From positions 1 through 60,800 of the IMG/VR virus record IMGVR_UViG_3300038400_000021: a DNA stretch of 60,800 bases. One strand, given 5' to 3'. Below are positions 47,329 to 57,422 of the stretch, piece after piece. The notes below the pieces were generated by a model. The model made no database searches. It was not told the DNA's origin and was given only the letters and a program-made list of their open reading frames with translations. Each line of letters opens with the position of its first letter. Position 1 is the stretch's first letter. A program made the position numbers and the translations under genes. Origin of the DNA: a virus (Duplodnaviria > Caudoviricetes).

Positions 47329-48001
47329 GTCGCCGCGGCAAGATGATCAGCTCGGTCCATCAGGTCGCGTGGCATCGCAACGGCGTCGGAGGCGAAGGCT
47401 TCCACGCGGTTGTGTTCGACACCGAGACCGAGCACTGCGCCAAGTGCAATGGGTTCGCGACTCTCGGCATCAACGGGCTAAAGCAGACCGTGTGCATGTC
47501 GTGCGGTCCGACGTCGGCGGAGACGTCAGCAACGAGGATGGTCGCGATCGTGTTCGACGGGCCGGGTCAGGTTGCCGTGCTCGACATCGCCAAGCTGTCC
47601 GACCCGGCTGTCGGCGTGGCGTTCGGCGAGAACTCGTGGCGCGGTGACCAGTACGAGGCCGAACTGAGGTCGGCCATCAGCACCGAGGATTCCGATGGGT
47701 CTGTGCGCATCGGCCCGTTCGCTGTTCCGACCAAGCGGAAGGCCAAGCCATGACCTGGTCCACCGCCGACGCGCTGACCTACGCGCACCACCTGCTGGAC
47801 TGCCCGATCGATCCCGACAAGTCCGGCACCACGCGACTGGCCGAGGCGTTCTTGGCGCTGCATGCGGAGACGGTGCGGTTGCGGCTCGCCGAGACCGACC
47901 GGCTGATCCTGCAGACGCTCGCGTGGGATCGGCAGGCTGGCGAGACGTGGCCGGTCGCGTGCGAGGTGATCCAGAAGTGGATCGAGAGGAATGGGCTGTG
48001 A
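47325..48001 (+). CDS. Two genes: 47325-47753 (HRNG...NSWRGD protein with CxxC-CxxC insert) and 47750-48001
   Basis: Overlapping stop/start. Confidence 0.65.
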
Positions 48002-48007
48002 AGTTTT

Positions 48008-48351
48008 CGCCGATCCATCCCGGTTCGGACTGCGCACCGCTGGTCGAAAGCCAGATCCTAACCGGCGCGCAGCGAGACCGCAATGCAGGTACGCGCGAGA
48101 GCGATGCCCTGCAGCTGGGATTGATTGGCGTCTCTTCTCGCCGGCCAGCACCGAACCCGTCGACGTGTCCTGCCCCCTGCGCGTCGATGGCCCCCACGGT
48201 TCCGGGCCGGCACTTCTCCAGTCGACCGGCCTCGCACGTCCTCCTTGTCAGCTGTGCGTTCGCTGGGGTCGGTAGGTCGCAAGCTGCGCCTGTGCAGTGG
48301 AGATCGCAGGAGGTGGGGCGCCGCACCATGTCTCGTGGCGCAACTTTCTTT
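48008..48351 (+). ncRNA. Candidate large structured RNA ending in an intrinsic-terminator-like hairpin
   Basis: Three consecutive multi-stem domains, GNRA loop, hairpin 48318-48341 plus U-tract. Confidence 0.55.
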
Positions 48352-48367
48352 CGAGTGAGGAGATGAG

Positions 48368-49201
48368 ATGACCGCACGACTGCTCGATGTGACGCCAGAC
48401 GCCTATCATCAGCTGCCAGGGCTCTCGAAGTCGTACGCGACCACGCTCATCCAGCGCTCTCCGCTGCACGCGTGGCAGGAACACCCGGCGCTCGGCGGCG
48501 GCACCAAGAAGCCCACGAAGCTGATGGACCGCGGGGCGGTCCTTCACGCGCTCGTGCTTGGCAAGGGCGCCAGCTTCGCGCCGTGCCCGTTCGACGACTG
48601 GAAGACCAAGGCAGCCCAGAAGACGCGGGACGACTACCGCGCGGCCGGACTGATTCCGGTGCTCAGCGAGGACCTGCACGCCTACGAGGTTGCAGCCAAG
48701 GCGATCCGCGCGCGTCTCGAGTCGTCGGGTCGGTTTCTGGCCGGCAAGAGCGAGGTGGCGATCGCGTGGCAGGAGCCCTCGAGCGTCGGCCCGGTCGACT
48801 GCCGGTGCATGATCGACCACCTCGACGTCGAGCAGGGGCTCTCGTACGAGCTCAAGATCAAGGACGACGTCAACCCGGAGAAGATTGAGGCGTCGACCGA
48901 GCGTGAGCTGTACTCGATCGGCGCCGCCGCGTACATCCGCGCGATCGCCGCTCTATATCCGGACCTCGCCGGCAAAATCGAATTCCGCTACGTGTTCGCA
49001 GAGCCGAACCCGCCCTACGCGATCTACGCACCCGAGCCGGACGGCGTGTTCCTCGAGGCCGGAGAGAAGCACTGGATGCGCGCCGTCGACGTATGGGGGC
49101 GATGTCTGAAGACGCAGTTCTGGCCCGACTACCAAGAGTTCAAGTACATCAGCCGCCCCCAGTGGGCGTTGCGGAAAGATGGGTACGCCTACAATGAGTG
49201 A
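48368..49201 (+). CDS. RecE/exonuclease VIII-like PD-(D/E)XK nuclease (DUF3799-like)
   Basis: YH..PGLSKS, G..LHALVL, SEV, CRCMIDHL, ELK, Q/GAAAY. Confidence 0.85.
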   Translation: MTARLLDVTPDAYHQLPGLSKSYATTLIQRSPLHAWQEHPALGGGTKKPTKLMDRGAVLHALVLGKGASFAPCPFDDWKTKAAQKTRDDYRAAGLIPVLSEDLHAYEVAAKAIRARLESSGRFLAGKSEVAIAWQEPSSVGPVDCRCMIDHLDVEQGLSYELKIKDDVNPEKIEASTERELYSIGAAAYIRAIAALYPDLAGKIEFRYVFAEPNPPYAIYAPEPDGVFLEAGEKHWMRAVDVWGRCLKTQFWPDYQEFKYISRPQWALRKDGYAYNE

Positions 49202-50249
49202 CCGATTCGACGACGAGCCCGTGGACGTCGACTTCGAGGATCAGGGCGACGAGGACCAGCCCCGCGCGAACCAACTGGTTCGACGCAGCTTCGAGGGCGT
49301 AGCGACCCTGATGAACAACGCGGCCACGCAGGCGCTGACCGCGAAGGCCACGGCCGACATCAATGCGCGCTGGATGATCGCGATGCACCGGCCGCGGCAG
49401 CTGATGGACGTGCGCTCGGACATGCTCAAGGAGTGCTCGCGTCCCAAGTTCGCAGGGAGCGCGATCTACGCCGTGCCGCGAGGCAAGACGATGATCCGCG
49501 GGCTCTCGATCCGCTTCGCCGAGGCGGCCATGAAGGCGATGGGTAACATGGGCGCCGAGGCTCAGACGCTCTACGACTCCGAGGAGGAGCGCACCGTGCG
49601 CGTCACGGTAACCGACTTCGAGGGCAACACCGCGTGGTCTCGCGACCTGACCATCAAGAAGACCAAGGAGATCCGGTTCCTCAAGAACGGGCAGAAGCCG
49701 ATCCGCCAGCGCACCAACAGCTACGGCGACACGGTTTACATCGTCGAGGCCACGGAGGACGACGTCACGACGAAAGAGGCCGCGCAGATCAGCAAGGCGA
49801 GCCGGACCGGCATCCTCCGACTCGTGCCAGCGTGGCTGCTCGCCGAGTGCCAGGAGCGGTGCGAGCAGACCATGGCGAACAAGGCCGCAATCGACCCCGA
49901 CGCCGAGCGCCGCAAGGTGTTCGACGCGTTCGCCGGGCTCAACGTGAAACCGTCATGGCTCGCGGACTGGCTCGGTCACCCGCTGGAGCAGGCGACGCCC
50001 GCGGAGATCGTGCTCCTGCAGCAGCTCTACCGAGCGATCCGCGATGGGGAGACGACGCTGGACGACGCGATGAAGTCTCGCAAGGCGCAGGCAGAGAAGC
50101 CGAAGGTCGAGCCGCAGCAGAGTGGTGTCGCCGCGGCAGCCAAGCCACGACCGGCGCGCGCCAGCAAGCAGGAGCATGCCACTGCCACCGACGGCCCAAC
50201 GCCAGAGGAGCAGGCCGAGATCGCGCGGCTGGAGAGGGAGGGAAAGTAG
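49194..50249 (+). CDS. Putative single-strand annealing/recombination protein
   Basis: Follows the exonuclease; HRPR...YAVPRG..IRGLSIRFAE..GN motif. Confidence 0.6.
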   Translation: MSDRFDDEPVDVDFEDQGDEDQPRANQLVRRSFEGVATLMNNAATQALTAKATADINARWMIAMHRPRQLMDVRSDMLKECSRPKFAGSAIYAVPRGKTMIRGLSIRFAEAAMKAMGNMGAEAQTLYDSEEERTVRVTVTDFEGNTAWSRDLTIKKTKEIRFLKNGQKPIRQRTNSYGDTVYIVEATEDDVTTKEAAQISKASRTGILRLVPAWLLAECQERCEQTMANKAAIDPDAERRKVFDAFAGLNVKPSWLADWLGHPLEQATPAEIVLLQQLYRAIRDGETTLDDAMKSRKAQAEKPKVEPQQSGVAAAAKPRPARASKQEHATATDGPTPEEQAEIARLEREGK

Positions 50250-50250
50250 C

Positions 50251-50835
50251 ATGACAAAGCCGATCACAATCTCCACACCGGTTCTCGCAGCCATCATCAA
50301 GTGGTCGTATCAGGAATCTGACCGACCACATCTGCGCACGGTGCTATTCGAGAATGGTCGAGCGATAGCGACCGATGGGCACCGTCTCGTTGTACTTCCG
50401 ATCAAAACGAACAGCCATCGCCTGCTCGTGGACAGCCAGCATCTTGCGGCTGCGATCGCCGCCCAGCGCGACCTGAAAGTTACCCGTGCCGAGCGCGAGA
50501 TCGGCATCGAGCCGTCTGGACCAAACGTCACGCTGACGATCGACAAGGGCATCAGCGTGACCGTCCCGGCGCGCAATCCCGAGAGCTTCCCACCGTGGTC
50601 GCAGGTCATTCCTAAGGTCGACCAGGACGCTAAGGCGCCGCACGGCTACATCCTGGATCCGCGGTACCTCGCCGCTATCGCCGAAGTCAACACGGCGCTT
50701 GCTCCACATGCACAGCGCGGCGTACGAGTGGTCGCTTGGTCGCCGACCGACGAGGACGGCCAGCAGCTCGGCGCGATGCTGTTCGAGGGATATGAGGGTG
50801 TTCGGTTCGTCGTGATGCCGATGAGGTGCGTGTGA
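50251..50835 (+). CDS. Truncated beta sliding clamp (DnaN)-like protein
   Basis: RPHL..V, ATDGHRL, FPPWSQVIP, DPRYL, VVMPMR. Confidence 0.75.
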   Translation: MTKPITISTPVLAAIIKWSYQESDRPHLRTVLFENGRAIATDGHRLVVLPIKTNSHRLLVDSQHLAAAIAAQRDLKVTRAEREIGIEPSGPNVTLTIDKGISVTVPARNPESFPPWSQVIPKVDQDAKAPHGYILDPRYLAAIAEVNTALAPHAQRGVRVVAWSPTDEDGQQLGAMLFEGYEGVRFVVMPMRCV

Positions 50836-53800
50836 CCCTTACCTGGCGCATCTCCGCCCAGACCGCCGCGGGCAACGAGGATGACGCGGCAAAACCGGTG
50901 TGGGCCGACGGCATCCCGCTCTGTGACGGATCGTGTCCTCTGTACGACGGCAAGCGCTGCACCGCTACCGGGTCTCGCCCGCATGGAATCTGTGAGCCCG
51001 TTGTGGCGCAGATGGCGAAGATGCTCACGGAGGGGCCCAGGTGAACGACGACCTCGACAAGGACGGGCGTGGTCTGGCCTACGAGAACGGATTCCGCGAT
51101 GGGCTCAAGGACGCGCGTATGGACCTTCAGGCTCGCATCGCCGTGCTTGAAGCCGACCGCGCCGAAGCCGTGCTCACAGTCGAGACGCTCAAAGAGCAGG
51201 TGGCTGAGGTGGCCAGCGTGGTTCGCGAGATCGAAGCGCGCACGGTGGAGGCGGTCGCGACGTGGCTGGACGGATTGGGAGACTACGAGATCTCGAAGTG
51301 CGCCGCCGACGTCCGTGCCGGCGCGTGGAGGCCCGAGTGACCGCCTTCGCCCTCACCGTCGTTGACCTCGACGTCTCGCACTACCGAACCCTCCGCGCGA
51401 TCGCCGACAACCCGCGCCACCACGTCCAGCCGCAGCGCCTCGCCCTGTTCCGTCGCCTGGGCCTCGTCATGCCCAGCGAGCCACCGCGCGAGCCTCACGA
51501 GGGCAAGCGCAAGGTGCCGGTCCGGGCGCACGAACTGACCGATCTCGGCAAGCAGGCGCTCGAGCGTCACGAGGCGAAGCACGGGCCAGCAGTGGCGCCG
51601 CCGACTGCGCATCGGCCGGTCGGGACTGGGTATGCGTCGCCGCGAGTCTCGTACGTTGGATCGACGGCCAAGAGAGGAGGGGCGCCGTGAGTGACATCGT
51701 ATGCTGCCCGCTCGAGTCCGGAGACGGCGAGTCACCTGAATTATTCTCGTCGAGCACAGTCACGGCCGCCAAAGATCACAGATGCACCGAGTGCCGCGAG
51801 ACGATCGCCAAGGGCGCGCGCCACGAGGTCGTCCGTGGCATGTGGGACGGCTCGTGGTCGACGTTCCGCACGTGCCTGTCGTGTGTCGAGATTCGTGACC
51901 ACTTCGCGTGCGAGGGCTACATCTACGGCCAGCTGTGGAGCGACCTCGAAGAGAACTTCTTCCCCGACATGAAGGCGGGCGGCCCGTGCATGGAAGGGCT
52001 GTCGCCCGAAGCCAAGGCGCGGCTGTTCGACCGCCGCATGAAGTGGCTGCTGGAGCAAGACCAATGACCGTCGAACCACCAACCCGCATGCCCATGCCGC
52101 GCGTCCTGGTTCTGTCGTTCATGGCAGGGCTGAGCATGGCGGCGGGGCTGTCATGCAGGCTCTACGTTGAGGAACTCGAATACACCCTCGGCATCGTCGG
52201 AGCACAGGAGAGAGCATGAGCGAGAAGATTGATCTGGAGAAGCTGGAGCAGATTGCGCGCGATTGGGCCGATGAGGATGCCGAGTGGTATCCGGGGCAAG
52301 GTCCGGCCGAGACGCTCGCCCTGATCGCCCGCATCCGCGAGCTGGAGTCTGCGTTCGGAGAGTTGCTCGCGGAGGTAGAGGAGCGGTCCGAGAACCCTGC
52401 CTGGTACGCCGAGCAGAACGAACTCCTCAACCGCGGCACGGTTCTCCGATGAGCGACTTCTACGCCGACCGCGTCGAGCGCTCCCTGCTCGACCGCTACC
52501 TCGCCGACGTCCGTCGAGGGCACCCGCGCTGGACATGGGCGCGCCAGATCGCAGCCGCGCTGGGCTGCCTCGACAGGAGCCGCCGATGATCCGCGACGAG
52601 ATGCGCGACGCATGCGACCGAGAGATCGTCGCGTTCGAGCCGACGTGCCAGGGGCGCGTCAAGCTCACCCAGGCGCACCTTTCTGACGCCAAGGGCGAGA
52701 CCTCTGCTGAGCTTCGACAGGACATTCTCGCAGAGGCCAGGATCGGCTGCTGTCAGAAGTGCGGGTGCCTCGAGGCAACGGCCTGGTTCGAGAAGCGTGG
52801 CGACATCGAGTACGTCGTAGCGCAGTGCGCTGAGGATCCGAGCGCGGCGTTTCTCGGGCATCGGGTCGAGCCGGATCCGGGGAGAGCGAAGTGAGCGAGG
52901 CTGACGCGGCAATTGGCTGCTGGACCAAGGGACCGCCACCTGGTCGCGGCCGCTACTGGGTCGTCTGGGCCTTGCGCTCCGGCGTCAAGGTCGAGGCCGT
53001 CGAACTGAGCCCAGCGCTGATCTACTACGCCGACCCCAACGCGAGGCTGCTCATCAAGACGATGTGGGGCGCGGCCTACGAGTTCGAGGCGAACAAGGCC
53101 GACATCTCTCATCACATGCCGCTCGATCCGCCGGAGGCGCCATGACCTTCTCACGCCCCGCCATCGAGCGCCTGATCGCCACCGTCGAGAGCGGCCTGCA
53201 GGTCGGCGAGTTGGGGCCGTATGCGGAGGGGTTGAGGGCGTGCTTGGAGGAGGCGGACGGCTGGCGGCGCAAGGCCGAGGTCGCGCTCAAGCTGTTTGGT
53301 GAGACGCAAGATGATGTCGCCCGCCTGACCGCCGAGCGGGACGGGATGGCCGCGGTTGTTGAGGCGGCCGAGCGGTGGGTCGACAACGGATCGGCGGACC
53401 TGACCGGAGCCGTCGACGCGTGGCGCGCCAGGAAGGCGGGTGGAGGGTGAGGCGCAAGAAGACGAATCCAGAGCAGCTCGGCCTCGACTACCACCGGACG
53501 ATCCGCGCACCCTCTCAGGAGGAGCGCCTTGCCGCATTCTCTGAATCACTCAGAACTCGTCGTGAATCCCGTGAGCGAGCACGCGCGGAATATCTCGCGC
53601 AGCCGGTCGCTCTACCCACAGCCGTAGACCTTGGCATCCCAGCGGCTCCACTGCGACCTGAGTCCGTCGCTGCATCCCGCGCACGCCGTATCCCGACCGT
53701 ACCAATAGCAGTCACGCTTACCGACGCAATAAATGGCCAGTCATTCCACGGCTCACAGTTGTTGATGCTCACAGGTGACTCACACATCGCCGAGCGTGCC

Positions 53801-54943
53801 ATCCAACTCGCAATTCGCGTCGGATGGATCGAGCGCGGCAACTTCGACCCGTCACGCGAGCAGCGGGCGTTCGGCGCCGGCGGCCTGGACGGCAAGGCGC
53901 TGCTGAAGGTCGGAGCCGAACACCACCCACCGCTCTGCTTCCACTACCTTACAGTAACCACGAAGTGGCTCGAGGTCGATCATGTGCACGAGATGCTCAT
54001 CGGCGGGGGCGTGCTGTGACGCTCGAGGAGCTTGTCGAGAAGTACGGCCTAACTCGCGACGAGGAGCGCAGGATCGAGATCTCCGGCCTGTTCATAAGCC
54101 GCGGTGTCGAGGGTTGTGATCGGTTCTTTCTGTCTCCGCAGTGGCACAACAAACTGGCGCGGATTGAGGCGAAGAAGTTCGGCCGGTGCATGATGTGCTT
54201 TCGCTGGCAATCGGTATCCGGGAAGTCGAAGTGCGCGCTCTGCATCAAGAGGACCGCCGATCAGCAACGCTCGCCATCCGGTCGGGCATCTCATCTTGAG
54301 GCCCTCCGCAAGTCGAACGCGAAGATCCGAGAGCGGCTAGAGCGCCTGGGAATTTGCACCTCGTGCCGTAGGCGTCCTGCGCGACCAAACCGGGTCGGCT
54401 GTCAGCAGTGCAAAGACGACGCAGATCGACGGAGACACGAGAAGCGCGAACAACTACGCAGGCAAACAGGAGTTATTTCATGACCGCCCCACGCCTCACC
54501 GTCCGCCTCCAGCGCGCGCTGATCCGCCTGCTCTGGGACTCGGTCGCCGACAACGCCGAGTGCACGTGCGCGCCGAAGGACCGCTGTCCGCAGTGCGATG
54601 CGATGCTCGCGCTGGGGCTTGGCAGGTGGAAGGGACCAATATCGGCGCAGAGGAAGCTGATCGAGAAGGGTGCTCGTATCGGAGGGCGAACGACGTGACC
54701 GTCCCATGTTCATCCTGCAGCGGTACCGGCCATCGCGAGCTGACAGTCGTCGAGCGCGACACGATCGCCGCGGTCGGCAAGACCTGGTCGCCGACGTTCG
54801 CGATCAGCAAGCGGCTCAAGCGCATCCAGGGGTACGAGACGTCGATCCCAGCGCTGGCCAATCGGCTCGTCGCACTGCTCGATCTCAAGCTGGTCGAGCG
54901 CCGGGCGAGGGATGGGAAGTCGTTCGAGTGGAGGGCGCCGTGA
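50832..54943 (+). CDS. Array of about 14 small coupled accessory genes incl. wHTH (51337-51690), Zn-binding (51687-52067), Ead/Ea22-like (52216-52452), Cys-rich (54016-54483), CxxC-wHTH (54695-54943)
   Basis: Continuous ATGA/GTGA overlaps; motifs as listed. Confidence 0.6.
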
Positions 54944-55506
54944 TCCTGACGGTCAATCAATATCTTGACGTCAGGCGTAGACTGATCGATCTCGGGCACG
55001 AAGGCGACTATGAATGGTCGGAGAACCTGAAACCGCCGTCGACGCCAGATGCTCTGTCCTGCGAATTTACCTGGGTCGTCTTGAACAGCGGCATGAAGAA
55101 CACGGTAGCCCGCAAGATCATGGATCGCGTATGGCCACTGCTTATCGCCGACCAGTCGATCGCATCGGCGTTCGGTCACAAGGGCAAGGTCGCCGCGATC
55201 GAGCGAGTCTGGAGACACCGCGAAGACTATTTCACGTGCTTCAATATCGCCACGGACAAAGTAGCGTGGTGCGAATCGCTGCCCTGGATCGGCGGCATCA
55301 CGAAGTACCACCTAGCGAAGAATCTCGGCGTCGACTGCGCGAAGCCTGATCGCTGGCTGGTCAAGCTGGCCAACGAGTCCGGCGAGTCCGTCGAAGGCCT
55401 GTGCGGTCGCCTCGCTGCGGCGACCGGAGATCGGGTGGCCACCGTTGATGTCGTTCTATGGCGAGCCTGCGCAGTCGGAATCCTAACGCCTGGAGCACCG
55501 CCGTGA
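54940..55506 (+). CDS. HhH-GPD DNA glycosylase superfamily-like protein
   Basis: LPWIGGITKYHLAKNLGVDCAKPDRW (HhH plus PD), VDVVLW. Confidence 0.65.
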   Translation: MILTVNQYLDVRRRLIDLGHEGDYEWSENLKPPSTPDALSCEFTWVVLNSGMKNTVARKIMDRVWPLLIADQSIASAFGHKGKVAAIERVWRHREDYFTCFNIATDKVAWCESLPWIGGITKYHLAKNLGVDCAKPDRWLVKLANESGESVEGLCGRLAAATGDRVATVDVVLWRACAVGILTPGAPP

Positions 55507-55537
55507 CCACCTCCGCCGCGCTGCTCGAGGCCAAGCG

Positions 55538-55837
55538 ATGAGCCGCCCGCTCACCGTCGACGATGTGCCGATGCTGGTGGAGGCGCTTGCGAGGCGACTG
55601 GAATCCGGAGGAACCTTCGCGCCGGGAATCGGCGCACGTGGTCAAGGAGACCAATGCGACGAAGAAGCGAAGGACCTAAAGCATATGGACCTTACAAGCA
55701 CGGAGACAAGTGGCGCATCCAGTTCGTTGCAGGACGCGGAGTCGATCGGACGTCGACATATGAGGCGTTTGATACGTGGGAGCAGGCCGAGCGCTGCCGA
55801 GCAGCCGCGACTGACGAAGCGCAAGGCGTCACGGTGA
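55538..55837 (+). CDS. Hypothetical protein overlapping the integrase 5' end
   Basis: ORF with GAGG RBS; overlaps int by 184 nt. Confidence 0.35.
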   Translation: MSRPLTVDDVPMLVEALARRLESGGTFAPGIGARGQGDQCDEEAKDLKHMDLTSTETSGASSSLQDAESIGRRHMRRLIRGSRPSAAEQPRLTKRKASR

Positions 55838-56721
55838 GCGACGCCATCGACGCGTTCATCGCCGCAAAGCTCGCCGGTGGACTGCTCGAGTATACCGTTG
55901 ACGGGTATCGCAACGTGCTGACCACGATGCTCGGTCACGTCACGCGGCGACCGGTTCGCTATCTGGTCAACCGCGGCGTCGAGCTCTACCTGAGAGCCCA
56001 GACGTATCCGGTTGGCCACAAGCGCGCCGGTCAGCGGAGGTCGGCCGCGTACCACCAGGCGGCGCTCGAGCGTGCACGCGACCTCGGCCGGTTCTGCGTC
56101 AAGCAGAAGTGGCTCAAGGTAAACCCGTTCACGGAGGTCGAGAAGATCGGCCGGCGCAACCACGGCTCGGACAAGGTCCGGCTGACCGTGGACGAGTCGC
56201 GCAAGCTGTATGAGTGGTGCTTGGCGCATACCGACCAGAAGTACGCGGTTCTGACGTTCGGGTACCTACTGCTCGGTGCACGAGCCTCGGAACTGATCAA
56301 GCGCAACGTCCGAGACCTGGACGACGGCGGGCGAATGCTGTGGATCGGAAAGACCAAGACGCTTGCCGGCCAGCGCTGCCTCATGATCCCGGAGCCTCTT
56401 GCCGTCGCGCTGACCGCGCTCACGTCCGGCGCGGCGACTGATGCTCCGATCTTCACGGACGAGCACGGTTGCCGCATGAGCCGTCAGATGGCGCGCATCC
56501 GGGTGCTCGAGGTCTGCGCCGCGGCGGGCGTGACGCAGGTGTCGCCGCAAGCACTACGCCGCACGCAGGCAACGCTCGCGACCACGGCCGGAGCGACCGC
56601 GTTGGACGTCGCCCGTCACCTCGGCCATGCATCGACCGCGATTGCCGAGCGGTCGTACATCGATCCGACCGCAGTCACGACGGCGAGGACCGAGCGGGCG
56701 CATCTCCGGCTGGTCCGGTAG
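55654..56721 (+). CDS. int: Tyrosine integrase
   Basis: GARASE (R), KTKT (K), QALRRT, HLGH, RSY; AAGGAG RBS. Confidence 0.9.
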   Translation: MRRRSEGPKAYGPYKHGDKWRIQFVAGRGVDRTSTYEAFDTWEQAERCRAAATDEAQGVTVSDAIDAFIAAKLAGGLLEYTVDGYRNVLTTMLGHVTRRPVRYLVNRGVELYLRAQTYPVGHKRAGQRRSAAYHQAALERARDLGRFCVKQKWLKVNPFTEVEKIGRRNHGSDKVRLTVDESRKLYEWCLAHTDQKYAVLTFGYLLLGARASELIKRNVRDLDDGGRMLWIGKTKTLAGQRCLMIPEPLAVALTALTSGAATDAPIFTDEHGCRMSRQMARIRVLEVCAAAGVTQVSPQALRRTQATLATTAGATALDVARHLGHASTAIAERSYIDPTAVTTARTERAHLRLVR

Positions 56722-56820
56722 CTGGAGAAAGTATGGAGACAGAACGCATCCGGTCAGCGTTAGTCATCGGTTTCTCGACGAAGATTCGCGGTTCGGATCT
56801 ACACTAGCAGTACACGGTCT

Positions 56821-57363
56821 ATGGGAACGCACGACGACAACAACCACAAATCAATCTCCACGGATGCCGATTCCCCGACGAGCGAGCCCATGGAGAAACG
56901 ATCCAGATGGCAGGGACTGAAGCGCCCAGCCGCCCGTGAACCAGCGACCTGCACGAACTGCAGCGACGCGTTCATGGCCCTCAGGCACGCGCGTCGTATC
57001 TCAGAGAACAGATTCTGCTCCAGCCGCTGCGTAGCCCAACACGCTGCTGCCACAGGCAAGTTCGCTGGAGCGAACAATCCGCGCTGGCTCGGAGGCGTGT
57101 CGACCGACAACATGAGGTACCGGAGGAGATCGAAGGAGCGTAACCCGGTCCACGAAGCTGCGCGCCGTGCCGTCCAGGTCGAGATCCGGTCCGGGCGCCT
57201 CGTTCGCCAGCCGTGTGAGAAGTGCGGCGCCGACAAGGCACACGCGCATCACGATGACTACTCGCGCCCGCTCGATGTGCGATGGCTTTGCCGGACGCAT
57301 CACGACGAGCATCACCGCCTGATGGGCGACAAGCAGAGCGGAGCGAAACCCACTGGTACCTGA
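56821..57363 (+). CDS. HNH-type endonuclease with Zn-finger N-terminus
   Basis: CTNC..FCSSRC, NNPRW.GG, CEKCG..AHHDDYSRPLDVRWLCRTHH. Confidence 0.8.
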   Translation: MGTHDDNNHKSISTDADSPTSEPMEKRSRWQGLKRPAAREPATCTNCSDAFMALRHARRISENRFCSSRCVAQHAAATGKFAGANNPRWLGGVSTDNMRYRRRSKERNPVHEAARRAVQVEIRSGRLVRQPCEKCGADKAHAHHDDYSRPLDVRWLCRTHHDEHHRLMGDKQSGAKPTGT

Positions 57364-57422
57364 AACCGGTGGGAATCGACGACGAGTACAGCGTTCAGGT
57401 TCACCCAGCGAGAGAGAATCAA

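Noticed and set aside
48030-48080. GGTCGAAAGCC resembles the twister ribozyme P4 loop; GGGATTGATTGGCG nearby resembles C4 antisense RNA
   Set aside because: UAA cleavage context and other conserved elements are not in the right positions; kept only as an unclassified RNA
47998-48366. 122-aa GTG ORF spanning the structured region
   Set aside because: Ser/Pro/Arg-rich, weak codon bias, contains a terminator-like hairpin; not called as CDS, though not excluded
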